The notes beneath the pieces were generated by a model that saw only the letters and a list, made by a program, of their open reading frames with translations, was not told the origin of the DNA and did not search any database. This document shows, in pieces, positions 36,323-46,562 of a DNA stretch of 64,000 bases. Each line of letters starts with the position of its first letter. Positions within the stretch are counted from its first letter, which is position 1. The translations under genes were made by a program, and so were the position numbers. The stretch comes from a virus. Taxonomy: Duplodnaviria; Caudoviricetes. The stretch is taken from positions 5,557 to 69,556 of IMG/VR virus record IMGVR_UViG_3300011805_000010. The stretch is one strand, 5' to 3'.

Positions 36323-37096
36323 ATGGCTAGACCAAGGAATCCGAAACGTGATGAAGCGTTTCACATGTGGGTTGAAAGCAAAGGGAAAATACTCTTGAAG
36401 GATATTGCCGAGCAGTTGAATTTATCCGATTCGCAAATCCGAAAGTGGAAGAACCAAGATAAATGGGATAACCAATTGAAAGGTAACGTTACTAAATCCA
36501 ATGGTAACGTTACTAAACGAACACGAGGTGCACCTGTTGGTAACAGCAATGCTAAGGGCCATGGTGCACCTAAGCAAAATCAGAACGCTGTTACACATGG
36601 CTTCTTTCAAAAATTTCTACCTGAAGAAACACTCGAAATCATGGAAGCGATGAATGAACGTTCTCCAGCTGATTTAATCTGGGATCAAATACAAATCCAG
36701 TATGCTGCTATCATTCGAGCTCAACGTATCATGCATGTTACTGATAAAGGTGAAATGATTAAGGAACTCAAAAAAGCAAAGTATGAATACTATCCGCGTT
36801 CTAAAGAAGAAGGTGGTGGCATGGAACAAGCTACAATTGAAGAAGAATACAATTTCCAGTTTGCTTGGGAACGACAGGCGCAACTACTCATTGCTCAATC
36901 GAGAGCAATCGGGGAGTTGCGTTCTTCTATTCGACAGTTTGTGGAGATGGCTGATGCTGATGATGAGCGTAGAATTAAACTAGAGCAGATGCAGTTGAAT
37001 ATTGATAAAACGAAATTGGAGATTGAAAAACTTGGTTCTGATCAACAAAATGAAGATATAGAAATTCAAATTGTCAGCAAAAAAAAGCAACCTTAA
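36323..37096 (+). CDS. terS: terminase small subunit (XtmA-like)
   Basis: [15 protein letters not shown]; [13 protein letters not shown] and NAVTHG motifs. Confidence 0.9.
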   Translation: MARPRNPKRDEAFHMWVESKGKILLKDIAEQLNLSDSQIRKWKNQDKWDNQLKGNVTKSNGNVTKRTRGAPVGNSNAKGHGAPKQNQNAVTHGFFQKFLPEETLEIMEAMNERSPADLIWDQIQIQYAAIIRAQRIMHVTDKGEMIKELKKAKYEYYPRSKEEGGGMEQATIEEEYNFQFAWERQAQLLIAQSRAIGELRSSIRQFVEMADADDERRIKLEQMQLNIDKTKLEIEKLGSDQQNEDIEIQIVSKKKQP

Positions 37097-37527
37097 TTGG
37101 CTGCCTTTTTGTCGTTTTGGTCAATACCAAGAGCCTCTTTAAGGGAAGCTTGAAGAATCTGTGAAAAGTTTAAACCGGCATCTTCATCTGCATCTCTTAA
37201 CCAGCGAGGAAGTGTACAGTTTTTAGTTACAGCTTTATTTACAGTCTCATTCCGAAATGGGGGCATGTAAAAGTCAATAAAGATAATTCGATCTGATTCT
37301 GCATGCAAAACTATATCTGCAGGATTTGATGGATTGGGAAGAGATGTTTCATTTTCTTCTAATTCAAGGATACGAAAAGCTAACATATCTTTCGCTTTTT
37401 GGAGACCTTCTTTAATATCGTCAGCTAAAATAGCTGTTCCAGCAAAGTCAGGGAAATACATTCCAAAACCACCATCGGCTGCAGTTTCAACAACGACTGG
37501 GTAAATAAAATGATTGGCGTAACTCAA
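37093..37527 (-). CDS. hicB: HicB-family antitoxin with no hicA partner
   Basis: AGGAGGT RBS and TTG37527; IYPVVV...YFPDF...KNCTLPRWL...NFSQILQ. Confidence 0.85.
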   Translation of the reverse strand: MSYANHFIYPVVVETAADGGFGMYFPDFAGTAILADDIKEGLQKAKDMLAFRILELEENETSLPNPSNPADIVLHAESDRIIFIDFYMPPFRNETVNKAVTKNCTLPRWLRDADEDAGLNFSQILQASLKEALGIDQNDKKAAN

Positions 37528-37631
37528 TATTAATACCTCCTTTACTGAATTTATTATAACGCGCACCAGAAGCGCGTATCTATTTTGGGACAGAAAAATA
37601 TGCATATTTTTTAAGTTTAATATTTCAGGAG

Positions 37632-38915
37632 TTGAGTAAAATGACACTATTAATTGAAAAAGAAGTAAATCCACATTTCGAAAATTTTCTATTCGACTGG
37701 TGTTGTAAGACACAACTCCTCGTCGGTGGTTATGGTTCATCGAAATCCTATCATGCTGCATTAAAGATAATCTTTAAATTACTTGAGGAAAAACGTACAG
37801 CTCTAGTCGTTCGTGAAGTTTATGATACGCACAGGGAAAGTACGTTTTCTTTATTTAGTGAAATCATTGAAGATTTAGGACTAGGAGGCATTGTGAAGAC
37901 AAGTTCTTCACCTATGAGGGTTAATTTCCGAAACGGTTCAAAAATCATCTTCCGGGGCATGGATAAACCAGAAAAGCTAAAATCAATCAACAATATCTCA
38001 CTTATCTGGTTGGAGGAATGTAGTGAAATTAAGTACGCCGGTTTTAAAGAATTACTGGGTCGCTTAAGACACCCAACACTTGAGCTGTTTATCATTTTGT
38101 CAACCAATCCTGTGTCAAAAGGAAATTGGGTATATAAGCATTTCTTCAAGAATGAGATGGAAGAATACTTTGTTCTCGAAGATGAAGAATTGTACCAGCA
38201 ACGAACGATGATAGTAAACAATACGTACTATCACCACTCAACTGCTGACGATAATCTTTTCTTACCTAAAAGTTATATCGAGCAGCTAGATGAGTTGGCT
38301 CTATACGATCCCGACTTATACAGGGTTGCACGTAATGGACGCTTTGGTGTAAATGGTCAATTAGTGCTTCCTCAATTTGAGATGAAGCCCCATGAACAGG
38401 TAATGGATGAAATAGCGCTAATACGAAAACCAATTCGAAAAAACGGGATGGACTTTGGTTTTGTTGATTCCTACAATGCTGTTTTGCGCATGGTAGTGGA
38501 CCATGATAAAAAGTGGTTGTATATCTATCAGGAGTATTACAAGAGGGGTATGACGGATGACAAAACAGCTGACGAACTTGAAGCGTTAGGGCTTAAGAAG
38601 TCAATTATTAAGGCGGATAACGCCGAGCCTAAAACGATTGCTTACTTCAAACAAAGAGGCTTTCGTATGTATCCTTGTAAGAAGCTAACACGTGTAGAGA
38701 ACACAAAGAAGATGAAACGTTTCAAACGAATCATTTGTTCGGATGCTTGTGTCAATACGATTCGTGAATTGAAGGAACTTACTTTTAAGAAAGATCCTAA
38801 AACAGATGAAATCATTGAAGATGAATTTAACATCGACAGTCACTGCTTTAGTGCCATGTGGTATGGGTTAGATGACTATGAAGTAGCGAGTGTGAAAGGT
38901 GTAAATTCGAAATAG
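37632..38915 (+). CDS. terL: terminase large subunit, PBSX family
   Basis: GGYGSSKS Walker A, IWLEEC, STNP and DFGF nuclease motifs. Confidence 0.95.
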   Translation: MSKMTLLIEKEVNPHFENFLFDWCCKTQLLVGGYGSSKSYHAALKIIFKLLEEKRTALVVREVYDTHRESTFSLFSEIIEDLGLGGIVKTSSSPMRVNFRNGSKIIFRGMDKPEKLKSINNISLIWLEECSEIKYAGFKELLGRLRHPTLELFIILSTNPVSKGNWVYKHFFKNEMEEYFVLEDEELYQQRTMIVNNTYYHHSTADDNLFLPKSYIEQLDELALYDPDLYRVARNGRFGVNGQLVLPQFEMKPHEQVMDEIALIRKPIRKNGMDFGFVDSYNAVLRMVVDHDKKWLYIYQEYYKRGMTDDKTADELEALGLKKSIIKADNAEPKTIAYFKQRGFRMYPCKKLTRVENTKKMKRFKRIICSDACVNTIRELKELTFKKDPKTDEIIEDEFNIDSHCFSAMWYGLDDYEVASVKGVNSK

Positions 38916-38927
38916 GGAGGCTTCAGC

Positions 38928-40331
38928 ATGAACGAATATATCCAATACATCGATGAGAATGGTATTTCGCCTTTATTAATTGAGAAGTTAGTAAAAGAAA
39001 CACAAGCAGAACGAAATAAACGATTACTAAACTACAACCGCTATAAAGCTGAAGCAGTGCCCATTTTAACACGTAAACCTGCAGACTATGCCCAAGGTAA
39101 TGCACATGTGCAACGAGTAGATGATAAGGTGAACAACACGCTCAATAATCCACTTGATGCTGAAATTGTAGACACAAAAGTAGGATATATGTTCGGTAAT
39201 CCAATTTCATATGTAGTAGATAAGCAAGCTCAAAGCCTTAAGTCATTAACAGAGGCCATTGAGCTTTTTAATTTGCGTAATTCGATTGATGATTTAGATA
39301 GTGAATCAGGAAAGAAAACGGCTATTTGTGGCTATTCTGCTCGGTTACTTTACATTGACACTGAAGGAAATGAACGTGCAATGGTAATTGATCCGTGGGA
39401 AACAATCATTCTTTCTGAAACTGGAGAGGTAAGTGAACCTAAATATGGATTTCGCTATTTTAAAAGCGCGGAACTGAATGCTGAAGGTGAAAAGGTAGAA
39501 ATTGAGCAGCTGGTATTTTACGATGCTACAACTGAAAAAGTCTATACACGTGCAGATAAAGATTCACCATTTGTACTGAAAGATGAGCGCAAGCATTTAT
39601 TCGACTACTGTCCTTTATTTGGGATTTCAAATAATGAGGAGCTGCAAGGCGATGCGGACAAAGTCTATAACCTGATTGATGCGTACGACCGCACTCTATC
39701 AGATGCATCGAACGAGATTGAACAGTGGCGATTAGCGTATTTGGTACTGAAAGGTGTTGGAATGGACGAAGAAGATGCACAGAAGGTAGCGCGCACTGGC
39801 ATTTTCGAGTTAATGGACAAGGATGACGACATTAAATACCTAACCAAAGAAGTCAATGACCAAATGATTGAGAATCATCTAAATCGCTTAGAAGAGAATA
39901 TCATGCGATTAGCTAAAAGCGTGAACTTTAGCGATGAAGCGTTTGCCGGTAACACAAGTGGTGTGGCGATGAAGTTTAAACTCATGGCACTTGAGAACAA
40001 ATGCAAAACAATGGAGCGTAAGTTTACTACTGCTCTACGCTATCAATTCAAAGTGTTATGCAGCGCCTGGGCAAAGAAAGGAATCTGTTTGAAAGATGAT
40101 TACTTGAAATTATGGTTCGAGTACAAGCGAAATGTTCCTATGGATTTATTATCCGAGGCACAGGCATCACAAGCATTAAAAGGGCTAGTGTCAGAGCGAA
40201 CACGTCTTTCTAAGATGTCGATTGTGGATGATGTGGACTATGAGTTGAAAGAGATGGAGAAGGACACTAAGGTGTATGGCAAAGATTTAGAGGATTTGGA
40301 TGACGATCCTGAAGAAGTGGATAAACAATGA
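38928..40331 (+). CDS. portal protein, SPP1 gp6-like
   Basis: VDTKVGYMFGNPI, LIDAYD and SGVAMKFKL motifs. Confidence 0.95.
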   Translation: MNEYIQYIDENGISPLLIEKLVKETQAERNKRLLNYNRYKAEAVPILTRKPADYAQGNAHVQRVDDKVNNTLNNPLDAEIVDTKVGYMFGNPISYVVDKQAQSLKSLTEAIELFNLRNSIDDLDSESGKKTAICGYSARLLYIDTEGNERAMVIDPWETIILSETGEVSEPKYGFRYFKSAELNAEGEKVEIEQLVFYDATTEKVYTRADKDSPFVLKDERKHLFDYCPLFGISNNEELQGDADKVYNLIDAYDRTLSDASNEIEQWRLAYLVLKGVGMDEEDAQKVARTGIFELMDKDDDIKYLTKEVNDQMIENHLNRLEENIMRLAKSVNFSDEAFAGNTSGVAMKFKLMALENKCKTMERKFTTALRYQFKVLCSAWAKKGICLKDDYLKLWFEYKRNVPMDLLSEAQASQALKGLVSERTRLSKMSIVDDVDYELKEMEKDTKVYGKDLEDLDDDPEEVDKQ

Positions 40332-41338
40332 ATCAACAAGAGATTAATAAAATCCTAGATGAACTGGAGAAGAAGGCGGAAAAAGACATTGAAGTGGTCT
40401 TTAACAAGCGGTTAAAAGCTATCCTCGACCAAATGCTGCAGATGCATCGTAAGTTTGGTAAGAATGGTGAAGCGACTTGGACTGACGTTAATAAATACAA
40501 TCGCTTCAATCAGGAAATGAAGCTAATTGCTCAAGAGCTCAATGCGGATTATAAAGCAATTATTAAGCTAATAAGAGAGTCAAAGGAACGACTTTACATT
40601 GAGAGGTATTTGATGATGGCCTACCTTTTACAACAGTCTACAGGTGAGGAAATGGGCTTTGTATTGCCTTCAGTTGAAACAGCTCTAACTAATCCAGTTG
40701 AGTTTTTAACACTTCCGAAGGTATTTGAAGCCCATAGGAATGACATTATTAGACGACTAAACATCGAGATAGCACAAAGCCTACAAGCCGGCGAAAGCTA
40801 CACTGAAATGGCACATAGGATTGAGAACGCTATGGGATGGACCAAGAAGAAGGCTATCCTTGTTGCTCGTACAGAAGGTGGCCGAGTACGATCGCAAGCA
40901 GATTTAGCTGTAGAAGAACAGGTGGGTAAATCCGTTCGGTTAACAAAGGTTTGGATGTCGTCACTTGATACGAGAGTTCGCAAATCACATAGAAAGCTAG
41001 ATGGGCAGAAAGCTGATAAAGACGGCTACTATCACTATGGTAAGTGGAAATCAAAAGCGCCAAGACTTTGGGGTATTGCATCTATGGATATTCAGTGCCG
41101 GTGTCATTCAATTTACTTGGTAAACGGTAAATTTCCTGAATATAGACGAGGAAGAGACTACATGGATGACACGTACCAAAAGAAATTAGCAGCTCGTATA
41201 GACGCTTACATGGAGGATTTAGGGCTGACGTATAGAAAAGCGTTTAACAAAGCATATAAGGAAGTTAAGCCACCTAGTGTGACGATACCTTATGTCAGTT
41301 ATAACGAGTGGAGAAAGAAGTTTAGTGGAGAAGGATAG
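40328..41338 (+). CDS. minor head protein, SPP1 gp7/Mu gpF-like
   Basis: VARTEG, KVWMSSLD.R.R..H..LDG and CRC motifs. Confidence 0.9.
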   Translation: MNQQEINKILDELEKKAEKDIEVVFNKRLKAILDQMLQMHRKFGKNGEATWTDVNKYNRFNQEMKLIAQELNADYKAIIKLIRESKERLYIERYLMMAYLLQQSTGEEMGFVLPSVETALTNPVEFLTLPKVFEAHRNDIIRRLNIEIAQSLQAGESYTEMAHRIENAMGWTKKKAILVARTEGGRVRSQADLAVEEQVGKSVRLTKVWMSSLDTRVRKSHRKLDGQKADKDGYYHYGKWKSKAPRLWGIASMDIQCRCHSIYLVNGKFPEYRRGRDYMDDTYQKKLAARIDAYMEDLGLTYRKAFNKAYKEVKPPSVTIPYVSYNEWRKKFSGEG

Positions 41339-41404
41339 TCTTATGCACACGTAGTGCTAGAAGCAGATGCAATATAAAAATCAAAAAATTAAAGGAGCGG
41401 AAAA

Positions 41405-41554
41405 ATGGAATATAAATCAATAAATGAAATGTCAGTTGAAGAAATACTCCGCCAACAACTAGTATTGTTAGCGGAGCGATCTCAATCAGCGCTTGATGAG
41501 GAACTAGCGCGATTGACAAATTCAATGATAGAAATAGCAAATTACTTAGAATGA
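41405..41554 (+). CDS. 49-aa small protein, not in ORF track
   Basis: AAAGGAG RBS; MEYKSINEMSVEEILRQQLVLLAERS. Confidence 0.5.
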   Translation: MEYKSINEMSVEEILRQQLVLLAERSQSALDEELARLTNSMIEIANYLE

Positions 41555-41894
41555 GAATTTTTTCCCTTTCTTAATTTAGTATACGAGGCTTATGGAATAA
41601 ATTTTGTTTGTATAAGCATCATTAATTTAGTTCTTGAATTAAAGCATGATAAAAATCACCTCATTAGTTTTTCTTAGAGGTGGTTTCGTTATTGGTTATA
41701 TGTGTTAAAATTGAATCGGTTCGGAAGTTTTGTTTAAATTTTATTCAACAATCGGGCGCGATTCTGTAATAAGAATCAGCGCTCGGTTTCTTTATAGGAT
41801 CAGATTGTGAATTAACGGTTCTAGTCAGATTTATGTGGATTTTACCATGGTAAGAAAAGAAAAGTCCCCAACCGACACTTTGGGAAGGTTATAC

Positions 41895-41921
41895 TTCAAC
41901 TAAAGACAAGGTTTAGTTGAA
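41895..41921. repeat. perfect cassette-type inverted repeat TTCAACTAAA-N7-TTTAGTTGAA
   Basis: related copies at 30495, 31649, 31981, 42346, 44612, 44736, 45219 and 47085. Confidence 0.75.
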
Positions 41922-41983
41922 TAAAGAAACAAGATGAAACAGGTTACCGAATATTTACATACGTTATATAAAGGAGGCTGTAT

Positions 41984-42334
41984 ATGCGATTACTATCTAC
42001 TGTTCTTATAATATTCTTAATACCTTTTATATTAATTGGCTGTTCAGGAGGTCCTGGTCAGAATGAATGGGGAGTGTTAAGTAAGGAACAAGTATTAAAG
42101 CTAAATCCAGATGCAGACATCTTTGAATTTGATGGGAGAGTTTATAAAACGGGTATAGATTGGATTGAAGAGGAAGAATTAATAAAAGATGAACAAATAG
42201 GGGAAATATCTGAAGGGATGGCAAATAAATTACCAGTTGGTGCAAAGATATTTTCTTCAAAAGAAAGTAGAGATATTTTGATTGTTGAGTATGATGGGAA
42301 AGAAAAGAGGTACTTGCTTCAAGTTGGCGAATAG
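41984..42334 (+). CDS. lipoprotein (cargo)
   Basis: lipobox LIGC; AAGGAGG RBS; flanked by two inverted-repeat sites. Confidence 0.85.
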   Translation: MRLLSTVLIIFLIPFILIGCSGGPGQNEWGVLSKEQVLKLNPDADIFEFDGRVYKTGIDWIEEEELIKDEQIGEISEGMANKLPVGAKIFSSKESRDILIVEYDGKEKRYLLQVGE

Positions 42335-42487
42335 GTTTATTTTTCTTCAACTAACGGATGCTTCGTTCAATAATGATTTATATCGTATACGCGTACACCA
42401 AAAAGTCACGAATGTTGTTAAATCAACGTTTGTGACTTTTCTTGTGACATTTTTTATTCAGAGAGCAATTTGACTGGCTAAGTATTA

Positions 42488-42859
42488 TTAATTTTCATGT
42501 TTTAAAATTTCCCAAATATCACGTAGTCTCTTAACTGCTTCTTCTTTCGAGTAAGGAAGTTCTTTGTAAAACTTCTGTAGTTCTGGATTGTTAGCAAAGG
42601 CTTGAAAGTCTGCATCTTCTTCTTGAGGAGCAATTTTTTGTTTTTCTGTGCGACCAAGAAGGTAATCTATTGAAACATCAAAAAGTTTAGCGATACTACT
42701 TAAAGTGTCTATAGGAGGCATTTTTGTGCCATTTTCATAAGCTGTATAAGTAGTTCTTGCAACACCTATTTCTTTAGCAACAAATGATTGGGTATATTCA
42801 GGCTTTGATTTCTTTATATTTTCACGAACCTTTTTTAAACGTTGTGCAAGAATATCCAT
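42488..42859 (-). CDS. second CI-like XRE repressor
   Basis: YTQSFVAKEIGVARTTYTAYENG; divergent from a cro-like gene. Confidence 0.88.
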   Translation of the reverse strand: MDILAQRLKKVRENIKKSKPEYTQSFVAKEIGVARTTYTAYENGTKMPPIDTLSSIAKLFDVSIDYLLGRTEKQKIAPQEEDADFQAFANNPELQKFYKELPYSKEEAVKRLRDIWEILKHEN

Positions 42860-42906
42860 TTATACGCACATCCTTAAATATAATTTGGCTACTTATGATT
42901 GTATAT

Positions 42907-43032
42907 GTTACCTAAAGGAACTTCTATATTTAATTATTTATTGTTCCTTAAAGAAACTTTAATATTCGAAAATCATTGAAATGTTCCTTAAAGGAACTTA
43001 TGATTAAATTAATTAATGTTCCTAAAAGGAAC
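42907..43032. promoter_or_regulatory. four 15-bp palindromic operators GTTCCTT-A-AAGGAAC
   Basis: copies at 42907, 42943, 42983 and 43018. Confidence 0.88.
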
Positions 43033-43051
43033 TTTTGAAAGGGGAGAGGTT

Positions 43052-43261
43052 ATGAGAAAATGGCTGAAACAGATCCGAATAGCTCAAGGAATAAAACAGG
43101 AAGAAATAGCTCATTCTGTGGACATTTCACGTGGGTATTATGCAAACATTGAACGGGGTGAAAAAACTCCATCAGTAGAAGTGGCGAGAAAAATAGCAGC
43201 TTATCTAAAATTTGATTGGACAAAATTCTTTGTACAAGAAAAGGAGGAAGTAAATTTATGA
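43052..43261 (+). CDS. second Cro-like XRE protein
   Basis: IKQEEIAHSVDISRGYYANIERGEKTPS. Confidence 0.85.
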   Translation: MRKWLKQIRIAQGIKQEEIAHSVDISRGYYANIERGEKTPSVEVARKIAAYLKFDWTKFFVQEKEEVNL

Positions 43262-44040
43262 ATCTTAAATTAGCAACACAAAATCGATTTAATTCAGTTA
43301 TGTGTGATTTTTACCAAAATGAAAACAATGAAGTATTTATGACAATTAACCAGATAGCTCAGGCGCTTGAATATGCAAGTAAAAAGGGAGTTGAAAATTT
43401 AGTAGCTAATAATGAGTACCTTAGAGATGAAGAATTTTCGACTATTGCAAAGGTATCTACAGGTACCCACGGAAAAGGGGGTACCCAAGAAACCCGTATT
43501 TTTACTGAGGATGGTATATATGAAGTAACAATGTTATCTAAACAACCTAAAGCAAAAGTATTTAGAGCTTTTGTTCGAAAGACACTTAAAACTTTACGTA
43601 AAGGTGAAATGATTTTAGTTCAACCCCAAAACGTAGATACTAAACTTGAGGTACAACGTATGCGAGCTGAGGCAATGTTGAATAACAGTCGTACACGCCA
43701 AGCTAAGTTAATTTTGGAAATGCAGAAAAATAAAATCTTATCTCCCGTAGCTGTTGAGTTGTTACAAGTAAATGCTTTAGAGGTTTTAAGTGACCAAACA
43801 ATTGATTATCGTCCAGAAGTAAAAAAGACATATACGGCTAGTGATATTGGTTCAGAATTAGGAATTTCACCGCAAAAGGTTGGTAGTATTGCAAATAAAC
43901 ATAACCTTAAAACTGATGAATACGGTTATTTTGCTTTGGACAAGTCACCATATAGTAATAAACAAGTAGAATCTTTCCGTTATTATGAAAAAGGTCGTCA
44001 GAAGATACAAGAAATTGTCCAGGGGAAGTTGGTTAATTAA
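43258..44040 (+). CDS. BRO-N domain antirepressor
   Basis: FMTINQIAQALEY, FTEDGIYEVTMLS.QPKAKVF; C-terminal YTASDIGSELGIS. Confidence 0.85.
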   Translation: MNLKLATQNRFNSVMCDFYQNENNEVFMTINQIAQALEYASKKGVENLVANNEYLRDEEFSTIAKVSTGTHGKGGTQETRIFTEDGIYEVTMLSKQPKAKVFRAFVRKTLKTLRKGEMILVQPQNVDTKLEVQRMRAEAMLNNSRTRQAKLILEMQKNKILSPVAVELLQVNALEVLSDQTIDYRPEVKKTYTASDIGSELGISPQKVGSIANKHNLKTDEYGYFALDKSPYSNKQVESFRYYEKGRQKIQEIVQGKLVN

Positions 44041-44048
44041 TGGGGAAC

Positions 44049-44122
44049 AAAAAAAGAAAAGCCATGCTTTAAGCGGCAACTTAAAACATGACATAAATTT
44101 GAGTGACATCCACCCTTATCGT
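44049..44122 (-). ncRNA. candidate antisense RNA with a GCGGCAAC-loop terminator
   Basis: minus-strand TATAAT (44134-29) with weak -35 TTCTAA; hairpin CATGCTTTAAG-CGGCAA-CTTAAAACATG preceded by an A-tract. Confidence 0.5.
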
Positions 44123-44161
44123 ATATCTATTATAAACGAATATCGTTATTTTTAGAAGTGG

Positions 44162-44473
44162 ATGTTACTCCCAGGAGGGAGCATTGTGCAAATACCAAGT
44201 GAAAGCTGTTTACAAGCTATGATCCATTATTCAGAGTTTTATAATCTTACACCGCCACGTTCAAATGAATTTAATGACTGGTGCAAAAGTGTGGTGAATG
44301 AAATGGGTGACAGAGAAATACACCTACTTTATTTGGCGGTGAATGCTGCATTAAATAAAGGTCATGGTTGTCAAAAGTTAATGTCTATAATGTTTCAGGA
44401 ACTTCAAAGACGTAAATCAGAAATAGAGTTTTATGTAACTTATGCAAACGCATTATCACAAATCAAGACCTGA
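44162..44473 (+). CDS. hypothetical protein
   Basis: 103-aa ORF after the antirepressor. Confidence 0.6.
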   Translation: MLLPGGSIVQIPSESCLQAMIHYSEFYNLTPPRSNEFNDWCKSVVNEMGDREIHLLYLAVNAALNKGHGCQKLMSIMFQELQRRKSEIEFYVTYANALSQIKT

Positions 44474-44853
44474 AATATAAAAGTAAAAAATATTAAGGGT
44501 GATACATAATAGTCATAAATACTATGTATCACTCTTTTACATCTTGCTCAGTAATCGCAATTCATTTGGATATTTATGTTAAAACCCAAGCGAAGTTGTG
44601 ATAAAATGCACTTAAACTAACTGCGCAGGTTAGTTAAACAGTGTTGTTTAGCGTTTAATCCACCATTGAGACATATAACTCAATAACAGTTTTATAAGAT
44701 ATGTTACCAAAGAACGCTTGGCGGGCTTTGTTATATCCAACTGACGGGAAGTTTATATTAGGGTTATATTTCCTTAAAAGTATATAAAATGTAATTTAAA
44801 TTAAGTATAATTCAATTAAAGTATATAATTTCTATTAGAACTGAGGGGATTTT

Positions 44854-45195
44854 TTGAAGAATTTAATAATAGGATTATGTTTAGTATTAACCACTGGATT
44901 TCTCCTCTTTATCGTACAAGGAGATGAATTTAGAGAGAAAGAGGCTGTAAATAATATTAATGAATTGTTTTCTGGTCAAATTTTTGATGATGCACAGGAG
45001 AAATTCACTGTACATGCTATGGGGCTAAGTCCAGAAGAAAAAGTACTTACAGTTAGAATTGAAAAAACACAATACAAAGAACTAACAGAGGAATATTTTA
45101 GAGACATCTTAGATTCTCGTGATATGGAAAATTATGAACTTGAAGTTTTTGTTGATGATATAACTTTACAACCTTTACAACAAAGGGATGTGTAA
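44854..45195 (+). CDS. membrane-anchored hypothetical protein (cargo)
   Basis: GAGGGG RBS; N-terminal hydrophobic segment. Confidence 0.7.
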   Translation: MKNLIIGLCLVLTTGFLLFIVQGDEFREKEAVNNINELFSGQIFDDAQEKFTVHAMGLSPEEKVLTVRIEKTQYKELTEEYFRDILDSRDMENYELEVFVDDITLQPLQQRDV

Positions 45196-45338
45196 AAGTA
45201 TCTAGCGTAATAGGGTCTTTAGTTCAACAAGGATTTTTAAAGTATACAAATTAAATCTAACATTATGTTTTTGGTAATTTATATTAATATTAATTAGTAT
45301 ATGAAAACAGATTTTTAACTAAAGGCGGTTTATATTTT

Positions 45339-45809
45339 ATGGGAGTTTCATTATGTAAAGCAAACTTAGATGATGCAGTGACGATTCATGAAATGCAAGT
45401 TAAAGCATTTATGCCATTATTAGAAAAATACCAAGATTATGATACAAACCCTGCCAACGAATCCTTAGAAAGAATTATCGCACGGTTTAATCAAAAAACA
45501 ACAGATTATTATTTAATCAAATACTTTGAAGATACAATTGGAGGCATTAGAATTGTAAAGTTGGGCAATAATTCTTTTCGTGTCAGTCCTATATTCATAT
45601 TGCCAGAATATCAAGGAAAAGGAATAGCTCAAAAAGTCTTTGAGAAAATAGAACTGATATACCATGATGCGAAATTATGGGAGTTGGATACCATAATGCA
45701 AGAAGAAGGACTCTGTTACCTGTATGAAAAGTTAGGTTATAAAAAAACAGGTGAAATAAAGAAAATAAACGATAATATAACAATAGTGTTTTATGAAAAA
45801 TCCTATTAA
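45339..45809 (+). CDS. GNAT-family N-acetyltransferase (cargo)
   Basis: IFILPEYQGKGIA acetyl-CoA loop; LYEKLGY. Confidence 0.92.
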   Translation: MGVSLCKANLDDAVTIHEMQVKAFMPLLEKYQDYDTNPANESLERIIARFNQKTTDYYLIKYFEDTIGGIRIVKLGNNSFRVSPIFILPEYQGKGIAQKVFEKIELIYHDAKLWELDTIMQEEGLCYLYEKLGYKKTGEIKKINDNITIVFYEKSY

Positions 45810-45946
45810 TTTAGTCAAACACTCTCATTTGAGGGTGTTTTTCTATTAAAAAAATTCAATTTTTTCAGCTGAGAATATTGTTGAATCTTCCCTAATTATT
45901 TATATTTATATTGAGATGAATTTTTTATAAAGGGAGGAATTTTTTT

Positions 45947-46537
45947 ATGAAAAAGGCATTTAAGTTTGGTTGTGGTGGTATTGTAGCTTTAATTCTTTTA
46001 ATAGTCATTGTCACTTCTTGGGGTGGCGAAGATACCAATAAATCGGCGGATAAAGAAAAAGCACCTGTTACGTCTTCAACTAGTAATGAAGATAATGGGG
46101 AAAAATCTGAATCGAGTGCTGAAGAAAATGGACATGTTGGAATTGGGGAAGAGCTTATTGTAGGTAAAGTTGCTTTTAAAGTAAATTCAATTGAAGAAGT
46201 AAATGAAATTAGTGCATCTGATGGATTTATGAAGTATGAGCCCGATGCAGCAGGTGCAGTGTTTTTAACCGTCAATGTGACTGTTCGTAATGATGGAACA
46301 GAAATGATTAACACTGATTCAAGTTTCTTTAAATTAATTTCTAGTAATGGAGCTGAATATTCACCTTCAACAATAATCATAGCTGATGATAAATACTTTA
46401 CATATGAAGGAATAAATCCTGGGCTTGCTTTAACTGGTAATGTAGTGTTTGAAGTTCCACCAGGATTAATGGGCCTTGATTTACAAGTCCAGACAGGATT
46501 CTGGGGTACTGAAACAGGCATAATAAAACTAAATTAA
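45947..46537 (+). CDS. DUF4352 membrane-anchored surface protein
   Basis: N-terminal TM; FLTVNVTVRN and INPG..LTGNVVFEVP. Confidence 0.88.
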   Translation: MKKAFKFGCGGIVALILLIVIVTSWGGEDTNKSADKEKAPVTSSTSNEDNGEKSESSAEENGHVGIGEELIVGKVAFKVNSIEEVNEISASDGFMKYEPDAAGAVFLTVNVTVRNDGTEMINTDSSFFKLISSNGAEYSPSTIIIADDKYFTYEGINPGLALTGNVVFEVPPGLMGLDLQVQTGFWGTETGIIKLN

Positions 46538-46562
46538 GAGTTAAAAAAGTCACTCATTGAGT

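Noticed and set aside
37528-37761. 222-aa version of HicB in the ORF track
   Set aside because: The extension overlaps terL on the other strand; a strong RBS supports TTG37527.
42907-43032. GTTCC...GGAAC palindromes as SOS boxes
   Set aside because: Arm orientation and spacing do not match GAAC-N4-GTTC; they fit repressor operators.
45805-45822. TTTAGTCAAAC after the GNAT gene as another cassette site
   Set aside because: Too degenerate and lacks a left arm; not counted.
45925-46521. 198-aa minus-strand ORF
   Set aside because: Shadow of the DUF4352 gene; no RBS or recognisable motif.
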